Source of the DNA: Octopus bimaculoides
Taxonomy: Eukaryota
Direction of reading: 5' to 3'
DNA length: 36,472 bases
NCBI RefSeq assembly: GCF_001194135.2
Contig: NC_068987.1
Location: 58,382,017 to 58,418,488 of the forward strand
A program made the position numbers and the translations under genes. Below, piece by piece: positions 1 to 10,734 of the stretch. Positions within the stretch are counted from its first letter, which is position 1, and every line of letters starts with the position of its first letter. The notes under the pieces were generated by a model. That model ran no database searches. It had not been told where the DNA came from and worked only from the letters and a program-made list of their open reading frames with translations.

Positions 1-138
1 TGGATAAATCCCACTCATACAGTGAAGATAAAACCGAGTGTTTTGATATATATTTGTGCCGCATTTTCTGCGTGGTTTTCGATGGCTATCTCGCCTCAGA
101 CGTCCCTCCAAAATTTTTTAATTTCGTGTTTCACACTC

Positions 139-479
139 AAGGGGGAGTCATTGTAGTGACGTCATATTGGCGCCAAAAGGCTGACGCCATTGCTGAATCC
201 TTAACCACGCATGCGTGGGTTTAAACATCGAAGCGTTCCTGCTATTAGACTGTCTCTTACCAAGGCAGACAGCGACCAAGCAAGACGTCTAAGCATGCTA
301 TCCCATTTGAGTGTGGTTGAACCAAGTTGTCTCTATAACGACACCAGCTCGAAGAACCGTACATCTACATTTCAGGCTACTCTAAAACCGGACAATTAGA
401 AGCTGTTTTATTTTCCGCCGAACAATAAATATTTGTTGTTGTTGATCAGTTTGGAGTTTCTGCGTTCAGTTCACTTCCA
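139..479 (+). mobile_element. Probable 3' LTR of an LTR retrotransposon, preceded by a polypurine tract
   Basis: AAGGGGGAG (139-147) lies 4 nt before TGTAGTG (152). TGACGTCA 157-164, palindrome CCACGCATGCGTGG 205-218, AATAAA near 424, candidate CA end near 479. No second LTR or internal ORF in the window. Confidence 0.4.
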
Positions 480-596
480 ATTTAATGTAGGAAAGTTGGG
501 TGTATATCTAAAGATATATAACCCACTCTCCTAAAGAACTTTTGATTGATGAAATACTGCTAGGCATTTTACCCGACAGTAATAATATAAAACAAA

Positions 597-822
597 GGCA
601 GCAAGCTGGCAGAAACGTTAGCATGTCGGACGAAATGCTTAGCGGTATTTCGTCTGTCGTTACGTTATGAGTTCAAATTCCGCCGAGGTCGACTTTGCCT
701 TTCATCCTTTCGGGTCGATAAATTAAGTACCAGTTTAGAACTGGGGTCGATGTGATCGACCTACCCCTTCCCACAAAATCCAGGCCTTGTACCTATATTA
801 GAAAGGATTATTATTATTATTG
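597..822 (+). mobile_element. Octopus-type SINE, family A (near full length, (ATT)n tail)
   Basis: GGCAGCAAGCTGGCAGAAACGTTAGC...GAGTTCAAATTCCGCCGAGGTCGACTTTGCCTTTCATCC...GAAAGGATTATT; homologous copies elsewhere in the window. Confidence 0.85.
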
Positions 823-823
823 A

Positions 824-1443
824 TTGAGAGAGCAGAGTATGCCAGTGACACTGGGGTAAAATATATGAAGCCCAGTATACCCATCATGACTACCCGTCTG
901 ATAAGGGTACACCAGGCACATGCATCACAACCATATGTGCGCGACATGGTGATCTCATATCAAGATAAACAGCGCATGACGCTGCAGGTGGGGCCTAGTT
1001 AGAATTTTCTTCAGGTCGAGTATCTCATCCCATTCAAAAGGTCCCTGAGTAAGGGTTGTTTAAAAATGTTGAATGAAACACCCATGTTTCCAGAGGTAAA
1101 TTATCTAAACTCCAATGAATTCTTCTCAACACATGCTTATGATGCTTCCCCACTACTTCTGTTCACTATCAGAGATGCACATGTCGTCAGCCACTAAGCG
1201 ACATGCTCAACTGGTTATGGTCAAGCAACTGACAAGCAAATCTGTGGTATTGAACAGAATATTTGCTGTAGCCCATCTGCTATACCAAGACAAAACAATG
1301 TACACGATAGTACTTCCAATCAGTTAAGATCAGAAACCATGAGAGCCACTGCTTGATACTGCATCAGGGCATGGTACTGCATCAGAGCATGGTACTGCAT
1401 CATATCATTGTACTGGATCAAGGTATATGTCCTGTATCAGGGT
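824..1443 (-). mobile_element. Non-coding ~600 bp retroposon 'B', copy 1, flanked by (ATT)n on both sides
   Basis: Colinear and clearly homologous to 13163-13706; 3' end also at 12132-12195; no tRNA head or recognisable ORF. Confidence 0.8.
1353..1443. repeat. Degenerate 18-bp tandem repeat x5 (ATGGTACTGCATCAGGGC-like) at the 5' end of B copy 1
   Basis: Units start at 1353, 1371, 1389, 1407 and 1425; copy 2 has a single unit. Confidence 0.85.
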
Positions 1444-1456
1444 ATTATTATTATTA

Positions 1457-1515
<59 letters not shown>
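1444..1515. repeat. (ATT)n microsatellite
   Basis: Direct. Confidence 0.99.
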
Positions 1516-1519
<4 letters not shown>

Positions 1520-1799
1520 CCATTGCCTGGAATCGATCTCGGAATCTTGGGGTTAGTAGCCCGGGATCTAGTTCAAAACGGGGGCACCAGTTTTCATTTA
1601 TGTTTTATGTAGTGTTTTTGGTACCGAAAGACTTTCAAACTTCGTATACTTATCTATTTTGTGTTATAGAACAGAAAAAAAATTTTGTATTCGGAGTTAT
1701 TTCATGTAAAAAATTGTCTTATTTCGATAATTTCAACCAATCACTCACAAGTATTCAGCTGTTTACAGTTACTCCTTTGGCAGTTTAAGCGGTGTAAAG

Positions 1800-2769
1800 N
1801 NNNNNNNNNNNNNNNNNNNNNNNNNNNNNNNNNNNNNNNNNNNNNNNNNNNNNNNNNNNNNNNNNNNNNNNNNNNNNNNNNNNNNNNNNNNNNNNNNNNN
1901 NNNNNNNNNNNNNNNNNNNNNNNNNNNNNNNNNNNNNNNNNNNNNNNNNNNNNNNNNNNNNNNNNNNNNNNNNNNNNNNNNNNNNNNNNNNNNNNNNNNN
2001 NNNNNNNNNNNNNNNNNNNNNNNNNNNNNNNNNNNNNNNNNNNNNNNNNNNNNNNNNNNNNNNNNNNNNNNNNNNNNNNNNNNNNNNNNNNNNNNNNNNN
2101 NNNNNNNNNNNNNNNNNNNNNNNNNNNNNNNNNNNNNNNNNNNNNNNNNNNNNNNNNNNNNNNNNNNNNNNNNNNNNNNNNNNNNNNNNNNNNNNNNNNN
2201 NNNNNNNNNNNNNNNNNNNNNNNNNNNNNNNNNNNNNNNNNNNNNNNNNNNNNNNNNNNNNNNNNNNNNNNNNNNNNNNNNNNNNNNNNNNNNNNNNNNN
2301 NNNNNNNNNNNNNNNNNNNNNNNNNNNNNNNNNNNNNNNNNNNNNNNNNNNNNNNNNNNNNNNNNNNNNNNNNNNNNNNNNNNNNNNNNNNNNNNNNNNN
2401 NNNNNNNNNNNNNNNNNNNNNNNNNNNNNNNNNNNNNNNNNNNNNNNNNNNNNNNNNNNNNNNNNNNNNNNNNNNNNNNNNNNNNNNNNNNNNNNNNNNN
2501 NNNNNNNNNNNNNNNNNNNNNNNNNNNNNNNNNNNNNNNNNNNNNNNNNNNNNNNNNNNNNNNNNNNNNNNNNNNNNNNNNNNNNNNNNNNNNNNNNNNN
2601 NNNNNNNNNNNNNNNNNNNNNNNNNNNNNNNNNNNNNNNNNNNNNNNNNNNNNNNNNNNNNNNNNNNNNNNNNNNNNNNNNNNNNNNNNNNNNNNNNNNN
2701 NNNNNNNNNNNNNNNNNNNNNNNNNNNNNNNNNNNNNNNNNNNNNNNNNNNNNNNNNNNNNNNNNNNNN
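1800..2769. other. Assembly gap (other gaps: 4326-4537, 9161-9525, 12336-13077, 16615-17033, 25159-25288, 27506-27523, 28501-29089, 33263-34025)
   Basis: N runs. Confidence 0.99.
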
Positions 2770-3009
2770 CATTCTGGTCTCGATGTGACAGCTGTCGTTA
2801 TCGTCGTTGCTACTTGCTGCTGCTGTTGTTATTTTGTTGTTGTTGTTTAAAATGATGATTTTTCCTTCAGAATCAGAATCAGATAACATCGACATTTTCC
2901 CCCTCTGACGTCGTCTGTCACTGCCACAGTTACCATAGCAGTGTTTCAAAAAAAGAAAAAAGTTTTGTGATACATGCATCGTTCTGCCTGTCTTCCTCCC
3001 CACCCAGGG

Positions 3010-3880
3010 AGGAAATTGACGATACTTAGGCATCCTGGAAACAGGCCAAATGAAAGAGAAAGAAATGAAAGAAGTGATATCAAAGGCATATAAACTGAGA
3101 CTGGAATTTGGTGCTAAAGACAAAGTTGATAAGATACTGGCCGCTAGCACATGGGACGTTTCAACTCTAAGGCATAGTGCTGCTGTGACAGAGTGGAAAA
3201 GTGACCCAAGAGCTTGATAGAAAGACAAGGGGATCTACACTCCAAAAGTGACGTGAACAGGTTGTATCAATTGCGACAGAGAGGAGAAAGAGGTCTCATT
3301 AACTGTGAATTGTGTGCGAAATAATCTGGCATGGTATGTAAAGAATTCAAAGGAAAGATTGACGGCAGGAGTAAGAAAGATAAAAGTCCTAAGCAGTGAT
3401 GAAGCAAAAGAAAAGGGAGAATTTAAACAAGATAGACAGATTGACGCATTGAATAGATGGAAAGAAAAGAAAACGTATGGTCAATTCTTGCTGGAAATGC
3501 CTGAAACATTTGACAAAAATAAAATCTGGGAATGGACTAGGAAAAGTAAGTTGAAACTGAAGCCTTTATCTACGCGGCCCAAAAAAGGCACTGAGAACGA
3601 ATTATATGAAGTTCAGTCTTGACAAGTTAGTGACTTTTCCACTTTGTAGGTTGCAAGGTGAGAAAGTAAAACAGTAAACCACATTATTAATGAATGTAAA
3701 ATGCCCACGCAAAAAGAGTACAAGAGAAGGCACTACAATGCTGCTAGTTTGGTTCACTGGAAGCTCTGTCATAAGTATGACATGAGCAGAAGCGAGAAAT
3801 GGTATGAGCATCAAACGGAAAGGGTTGCTGAAAACGTGCAATATATCTTGTGAGACATTGCCATCCAATGTGACCATACT
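3010..3880 (+). mobile_element. R4/Dong-type (RLE) non-LTR retrotransposon fragment, RT thumb to zinc knuckle, frameshifted
   Basis: Translates in pieces to YLGILETGQMKEKEMKEVISKAY..., QELDRKTR, PKSDVNRLY..RGERGLI, WKEKKTYGQF, CRL..NHIINEC..QKEYKRRH, EKWYEHQ. Confidence 0.8.
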
Positions 3881-3889
3881 ATTGTATGT

Positions 3890-4325
3890 CATTATGTCAA
3901 ACGATTAAAGGAAATAGCAAATGAAATAGCTAAGATTAGCAAAGATAGTCAAACCTACATGCATAATTTTAGCAAACTGGCACCGACATTTCGCTGGCAT
4001 TTCAAAAGTTACCAGCATGTTGTATGAAAGTTACCAGCATGTGGCGAAAAAATATCCTCGCTTCAAACAGATATTTTCTCAGCCGCCCATTGTAGCCTTT
4101 AGACGGAATAAGAATATAAGAGAATTATTGACCTCTATATTTGACTCCAAGAAAACGAAGATGGGAGTATCTGCACGCTGCACCTTAAAGAACAGCCGCA
4201 AGAGAAGTAAGCCCTATTCATTGTGCAACAGCATGAGTGAATTCCATTAGAAATCATAACAGAAATGTTATGATTTATACAGAAGGTGGAACATGTAAAG
4301 ATTCCCATTTGGTGTACGCTGCAGA
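3890..4325 (+). mobile_element. Penelope-like element fragment: RT/GIY-YIG linker and start of endonuclease
   Basis: KYPRFKQIFSQPPIVAFRRNKNIRELLT (PLE linker P-x-V-A-F-R-R-x-x-N pattern), Cys-containing segment, then GGTCKDSHLVYAA (matches TC.S.N.VY at the GIY-YIG start); runs into a gap. Confidence 0.75.
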
Positions 4326-4702
4326 NNNNNNNNNNNNNNNNNNNNNNNNNNNNNNNNNNNNNNNNNNNNNNNNNNNNNNNNNNNNNNNNNNNNNNNNNNN
4401 NNNNNNNNNNNNNNNNNNNNNNNNNNNNNNNNNNNNNNNNNNNNNNNNNNNNNNNNNNNNNNNNNNNNNNNNNNNNNNNNNNNNNNNNNNNNNNNNNNNN
4501 NNNNNNNNNNNNNNNNNNNNNNNNNNNNNNNNNNNNNTGTCGTCTTCTTTTTTCTATTTTTTCTGTCTTTTTCTTTTCGCCTGTTATAAAATTCTAACTT
4601 AAAAACTGATGATATCATTCCATCAACGTGTGGACGCTGGTTGCTCTCGTTCATACTTTACGTTTAAATTTCTGTAATTTTGAATTTTTATCACTTCTTA
4701 TT

Positions 4703-4745
4703 TTGAACTTGACAAAGACAGACGTACTGTTGAAATATCGTTCAA
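4703..4745 (+). ncRNA. Minimal type I hammerhead ribozyme (U3-A8 variant) in the presumed PLE pseudo-LTR
   Basis: Stem I TTGAAC/GTTCAA; core TTGACAA + extra A; stem II GACAG-acgta-CTGTT; GAAA; palindromic stem III ATAT; predicted cleavage after C4739. Confidence 0.7.
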
Positions 4746-4959
4746 CTAATAAAATATCTTGCAATCGAATCGCGCTCTTCGTCTTGACTGTTTAATAATA
4801 AGTACTTTATGACAGCACGATACTCAGTTTTCTCCATTTTCCTTGTAACCTCAACACTTGTTTATTCAAAAATCTGCAACAAAAAAAGTTAAAATATCAT
4901 CATCATGAAAATCAGCAAGAATAACCCGAAAAGACTGTACTAACCAGAAAAAATTGTTT

Positions 4960-5055
4960 CAGCTGCCTAGCGGCCCCGTTTCTGGATTAGGCTCAAAACT
5001 TTTCATACACCCCTCCTATGGGAACATAAACAAACCAGCATCAACTGTCAAACGG
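4960..5055 (-). mobile_element. Degenerate fragment of SINE family C (3' half)
   Basis: CCTATGGGAACATAAACAAACCAGCATCAACTGTCAAAC resembles the reverse complement of the 26050-26090 segment. Confidence 0.45.
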
Positions 5056-5821
5056 CTTTTAATAAGTATTATATTTTATCATTAGCTGCTTATAGTATAA
5101 GAATATATTTTTACTGTCAGATTTTCTTCTTTAATTATGGGAAAACACATAACTAGACTCTGACATTGTCTTCATTGTTTTCTCTTAAATAATATCTTAA
5201 AATACTTTTATAATAAAGAAAGCAATAAAATAATTAAATTCTTTTGTTTTCGTAGCAGACAGGTGACTGACTGACTGGTGTCAGCTTGTTTACGCACTCT
5301 TGCCTTGTTGCAATATAAGAACTTAATTTATGCGCTGTGTGAAAATCACAGGAGTTCAACGCAAAAGCAAACCGCATTTTATTATTTCTATGGGGTGAGA
5401 AACTTTCTAACCAAAAAGGATTGTTGTCATAAGGTATATGTGACACATGTTCTTACGTAAACTAACAAATATCTGTGAAAATTTCCAGTTTCAATTTATT
5501 CTAAATTTTTTAATGCAACTTATTTGCTTAAATGATTTGTTTTGTTATTTTTCTGATTAAAATGAGAATTTTATTTAAGTTGTTCCAACTCAAATGCAAA
5601 GTGGGGAAAACTAGCTATACGTGAAATAAAATTTCAAATGCAGTCTATGTTTACTAAGTAGGCACTGATAAGTACTTCTTCACAAACTCAATATACTAAA
5701 TATGAGCTTGATTACTTAACCAAACTTCTCCTCCAGTGAAAAGATTAAACATTTACAGAATTTCAGTCAAAATAAACTGAAGTTGATTTGCAAAGTCTTT
5801 CCCAGACCCATATGTACTATA

Positions 5822-6380
5822 CAGGGTGGCCCAAAAGTAGGTTTAGAGTTATTCAACTATCTCTTTCGCATTTATTTATTAACAATTTAGATCTTAATTA
5901 TAAAAAAATATGAAACCATTATTCTATGCTAATTTGGTTAATTTTGTCAAACTCTTATGCGTCGACAGTAAGAAACCACCTTAACCAAGCCTTTCCACAG
6001 CGTTGGTTTGGAAGACGGGGCAGCATCGAATGGCCACCACGTTCACCTGACCTGACACCAATGGATTTCTTTTTTGGAGGTGTTCTAAAAAAAAACAAGA
6101 TTTAGGAGAAGAATCCCAAAACAGTGAATGAATTAAAAGATTACATTTCTGACGCATTCACTGAAATTGATGGAGGTCGGAATTTGTACTGCACTGTGTC
6201 AGAGGTTTGAAGAATGTTGCAATGCTGGGCATTTTGAGCATCTGAGAGATTAAACATTGTCTGTTTAAGATGTGCATAAACAATATGATTGTATGATAGA
6301 AATTTAAATGTAATAAAATGTTTTAAAAGAAATTTAAAGTGCCTACGTGATAAATGTAAACCTACTTTTGGGCCACCCTG
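5822..6380 (+). mobile_element. Internally deleted Tc1/mariner element (MITE-like, 559 bp)
   Basis: Perfect 24-bp TIRs CAGGGTGGCCCAAAAGTAGGTTTA (5822-5845 / 6357-6380), TA on both sides, internal remnant RWFGRRGSIEWPPRSPDLTPMDFFFGGVLK. Confidence 0.92.
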
Positions 6381-6497
6381 TATAAAAATGATAGAAGCCA
6401 GTAGTTAAGATTGGTTCTACCGGAAGGCTTTTATATAACTAGCTAAAAAAACTGCTGGTGGGACCAGTCCTATGGTCAGACTTCTATAATTTTTTAT

Positions 6498-6600
6498 CTA
6501 GCTGCTAGAGGTTGGGGCTCAAACGTTCGTAGGTTCGATTCTTGGACTGGGCGGTTGTATCTTTGAGCAAAGTACATTACTTCCCGTTGCTTCAGTCTAC
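6498..6600 (+). mobile_element. 5' part of a tRNA-derived SINE (head E)
   Basis: B-box GGTTCGATTC 6532-6541 followed by TTGAGCAAAGTACATTACTTCCCGTTGCTTCAGTCTAC, homologous to 22390-22430. Confidence 0.6.
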
Positions 6601-6640
6601 TTACACACAAACAATCACACACGCACAAAAATACAAATAC

Positions 6641-6925
6641 TGGCACGTCGTCGGTTACGACGACGAGTGCTTCAGTTGATCCGATCAACAGAATAGTCTG
6701 CTCGTGAAATTAACGTGCAAGTGTTGGGCACTCCACAAACACACGTACCCATAACGTAGTTCTCGGGAAGACACAGAATGTGACAAGGCTGGTCCTTTGA
6801 ATAACACGTACAACTTATTTTTGCCAGCTAAGTGGACTGGAGCAACGTAAAATAAAGTGTCTTGCTTAAGAGTTCAACGTACCAACAGGAATCGTACTCA
6901 TGATCGTGAACCGAATACCCTAACC
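6641..6925 (-). mobile_element. tRNA-derived SINE (head E + tail D)
   Basis: Reverse complement shares its 3' ~170 nt with 23515-23686 and its 5' AGCAAGACACTTTATTT segment with 22393-22430. Confidence 0.8.
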
Positions 6926-7019
6926 TTCTTCCCATACAAATACATACATAAATATATACATATGTGTTCGAATGACAAAGTCACAAATTGTCGGATTGAT
7001 TATGTTGCAGTATTCATTT

Positions 7020-7130
7020 TCGATCCTTACACTGAGTTCAAATACTGCCGAAGTCAACTTCGCTTTTCATTCTTTCGAGGTCGATATATAAATTACAATT
7101 CCTCTACTGAAAGGGATCTTTCAATAATTC
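7020..7130 (+). mobile_element. Degenerate SINE family A fragment
   Basis: GAGTTCAAATACTGCCGAAGTCAACTTCGCTTTTCATTCTTTCGAGGTCGATA. Confidence 0.65.
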
Positions 7131-7730
7131 TCTCGCTTTTTTTTTTTTTTTTTTTTTTTTCATTGTTGTCTGTCGGTATTTCTTTCTTGAAGAAATCGTG
7201 GTCAGATCTGGAGAGGGATGGGTTCCACCAGGATTAAAGTTGCCGAAGACACACTGCATGTTACGACAGCGTTCCTTAGATTTCATGTGAAGTTGAGGGT
7301 CCAAAATAAGGAAAGGCAAGGCATGGTATGCACGCATGCATACATACAAACATATTTACATACATTTTCTATAACATCTAGTATACGATAATTTGTCATA
7401 CTCGTTAAATGGCACAGAAGCCCCTTCACAAGAAGCTACAAAGTTGTTCTGGAGGAAATCTGGAGTGAAGTAAAGTAGTTTTATTTGAATACAGTTAGGG
7501 TATGGCAAGAAGAAATACGAAACAAAAGTTGCCTCTGTGCCAATCTGAAAACATGCAATATCAATAGTTAGACCCTTGAAACAGTGATCCCAACATTTCG
7601 GAATAGGAAAGTACCAGACTTGATTGCTGTATACAGCCTCAAAAATACTGATCTTTTACAAGAACTATTTTATGATCTTTACCAGCAAGCCCTCAATGGG
7701 GATATAAACATACCAAGCTTGATGGCGCTG

Positions 7731-7777
<47 letters not shown>

Positions 7778-7894
7778 ATGAGCAAAACTAGGAGGAAGCG
7801 GGACAATAATTACTATCTTATAGCTCATTATCACGAACATCAGCTTGGTGAGTGAAGAATTTATCCAAAGTTGTTTGTTGCTTATTATGCATCA

Positions 7895-8790
7895 TCTCTT
7901 TGTGTAGCTCAGTATATGAAATGAACTCATTGTAAACACCTTTTGTAATTTCTATGCTACTTTCACGATTAGGATCATTAAGAGCAAAAAGCTACAGACC
8001 TTCCTCTGTAAGTACTTATTTGAACGCTGAGTTAGAGGTAGATTAAACTCTGAGTAACCCTTGAATGCCGTTGAATTTTCGGAGTGATACGTGTGTAGAG
8101 ACTTATTTCCTCCTAAAAGAAGTGTCAGAAGTGTCCATTTTTGAAAGTTTTAAATCATGGTGCTGATTTTTCTTCTATCTCAAGAAATAAAAGTTCTAGT
8201 AAGCATGCGCTTCTAGAAAAGAGCAGTTTCATCATCAGTGTATACTTGCTTTGGTATCTAACACGCTTCAGTAATCATTTTCTTCAACTGCTCAGTACCA
8301 CCAATCATTTTCATGTTGTGCAAATTCATGCGCATAGTAAACCCTTCAAACCAGTCTTTACAAGCCAAAAAGTGTTTTTCATTAGAAGTTCCACCAAACC
8401 TTTTCTGCAAATCGTCATATAAACTTTTGGCTTTTTTAGGGATCACTATAATTTTTATCGGCTCATAACGCCGATTCTGACCCTCTATCTAAACACTCAA
8501 AAGTCGTTCCATTTTAAGCATTACATTAGATCTACAGAAATATAAGGTTCAGACACTTGACGAAGTAGCTTCTTGAACACTTGATATAATTTTCTCTCTA
8601 CTGTCACGTATTGTTCTCACTGTAGACGTTGCAAGATTTAACGTTTTGGCAATCTAATTTAGTTTTACCTCCGCATCAAGTCTTTTTAAAACGTCAAGTT
8701 TAATATCCAGTGTAAATCCCTTTACAGTTCCTTTTCGCACTACTGCCTTCAGATATACTTGATAACTCCCTTCCAGACGTTTTAAACTGA
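7895..8790 (-). mobile_element. Tigger/pogo DNA transposon remnant (HTH domains, first catalytic D, internal deletion)
   Basis: KGFTLDIKLDVLKRLD..IAKTLNLATSTVRTI, MERLLSV, IPKKAKSL..WFEGF..RMNLHN, PKQVYTDDETALF*KRM, TLLLGGN, YHSEN, DPNRES; several stops and frameshifts; TIRs not found. Confidence 0.8.
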
Positions 8791-10054
8791 AGGCAAATCC
8801 AAGAGAAGCGACGGTTAACTATCTACAACAAATATATAGTAAAAAAAAAAACTGGCTGAGGAAAGATCTGATTTGTGAGACCTGAAAGGCGTCTTATTCC
8901 TATTGATGTGTATTAGATGAAATGATGATGAACTGAGGAAGAGAAAGTACTATATGATAACAGTTAGCTGAAGATTCACCAGATTTTATAGGCAATTAGC
9001 CCCATTCATTTCTGACGTAAGGCATAAATACACCCACACACACACACACACACACTTACACACACATTCATACACACACTTACACAGACGCACACTCATG
9101 CACACACATATATTGGTGTTCATGCTGATATCTACAGTAGCCAGTTGGATATATATATATNNNNNNNNNNNNNNNNNNNNNNNNNNNNNNNNNNNNNNNN
9201 NNNNNNNNNNNNNNNNNNNNNNNNNNNNNNNNNNNNNNNNNNNNNNNNNNNNNNNNNNNNNNNNNNNNNNNNNNNNNNNNNNNNNNNNNNNNNNNNNNNN
9301 NNNNNNNNNNNNNNNNNNNNNNNNNNNNNNNNNNNNNNNNNNNNNNNNNNNNNNNNNNNNNNNNNNNNNNNNNNNNNNNNNNNNNNNNNNNNNNNNNNNN
9401 NNNNNNNNNNNNNNNNNNNNNNNNNNNNNNNNNNNNNNNNNNNNNNNNNNNNNNNNNNNNNNNNNNNNNNNNNNNNNNNNNNNNNNNNNNNNNNNNNNNN
9501 NNNNNNNNNNNNNNNNNNNNNNNNAAAAAATAATTAAATATTTAAGTTCAAATAAAATTTTATTCCAGTTATACTATTTTTCCTATAGTTTATAATGGAA
9601 AAACATTTTGCATTTCAAAATATTCTGCTAACTGACTTTGCTTCAAATAGATAATTTTTCTAGTCAATGAATGTTTCCATTGTCTATTGCAGTGCTCATG
9701 AGTATGCAAGTTTGTTATTGTTATTTATTTATTCATTTATTATTGTCAGAAGCTAAAAAGAATATATCTTCCAACAAGAAAGTTGCATCACATATGACCT
9801 TCTCATTGGAAAGTTACGTCCCTATGCAAAGTTTCAAGTGCCTAGGTCAGAAGTGTGGCCCACAATACATACATACATACATACATACATACATACAGTC
9901 ACTTTTATATATATTAAGATGTACAATTACATTTGTCTCCATATATATGTATGCATATATACATACAAACACATACCTACGCACGCATTCACACACACGT
10001 GCACACACACACACGTGCACACACACATACACACACACACAAAGCCACGCACAC

Positions 10055-10088
<34 letters not shown>

Positions 10089-10666
10089 CTAATGAATGTG
10101 CTGAACTTTTTCTTTCTTAAGTCAATTATATTCAGGTTATATTTAAATGTATAGTTTTAACATCGGCTTAATAATTAATAATGCACCAAATAAATTAGCT
10201 TACCCGACCCTGTTCCCAGGGTATCTCCAGCGATATAATTCTACATAATTTTTTTATTCCTTTTTCTATTGTTAATATAGTTTAATATTCATTCCACATT
10301 ATCGTAAAATGTCAGGTCTATTTAAATAAGTTTGATTAACTTTAAACTTGTCACCTTTGGGAAATCTCGAATACACGTGTAAGTGAAATCCATGTAGTTG
10401 CTGTAGCAAAAGATGACCTCGCTTTAAATAGGTTATTCGTTTTCATTCGTACAGTAAGTACGAGAATAAATAGATCGAGCTGGATAGACTTCTTACGCAA
10501 TTAGATGGGGTGGAATAGAGTAATTGCACTATTTTTATTTTTATTTATATTCTTCAGATTTTTGCCTTAATATATTCCAGTATAACCTCTGATTACTTGT
10601 CTTCCAACAAAATCTCATGGGAAATTTCCAAACTGGTTATCAACAATCCCACACACAAATTTTATC

Positions 10667-10678
10667 TTTATTATTATA

Positions 10679-10733
<55 letters not shown>
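10667..10733. repeat. (ATT)n microsatellite, the (AAT)n tail of the adjacent minus-strand element
   Basis: Direct. Confidence 0.95.

Positions 10734-10734
<1 letters not shown>

Noticed and set aside
1005-1095. CTGAAGA and a GAAAC..GTTTC hairpin on the minus strand of retroposon B
   Set aside because: No stem I or II pairing can be built; the 5' CTGATGCA is not a CUGANGA core
2770-2945. Minus-strand SDSDSEGK low-complexity frame
   Set aside because: No splice donor, and it runs into triplet repeats
4606-4660. CTGATGA upstream of the PLE hammerhead
   Set aside because: No matching stem II-GAAA nearby
7584-7735. ORF with LIAVYS...NGDIN, resembling an AP endonuclease
   Set aside because: Only two short motif resemblances and no flanking LINE sequence
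8856-8893. CTGAGGA...GAAA...GTC hammerhead-like spacing
   Set aside because: G-G mismatch in stem III, and weak stems I and II
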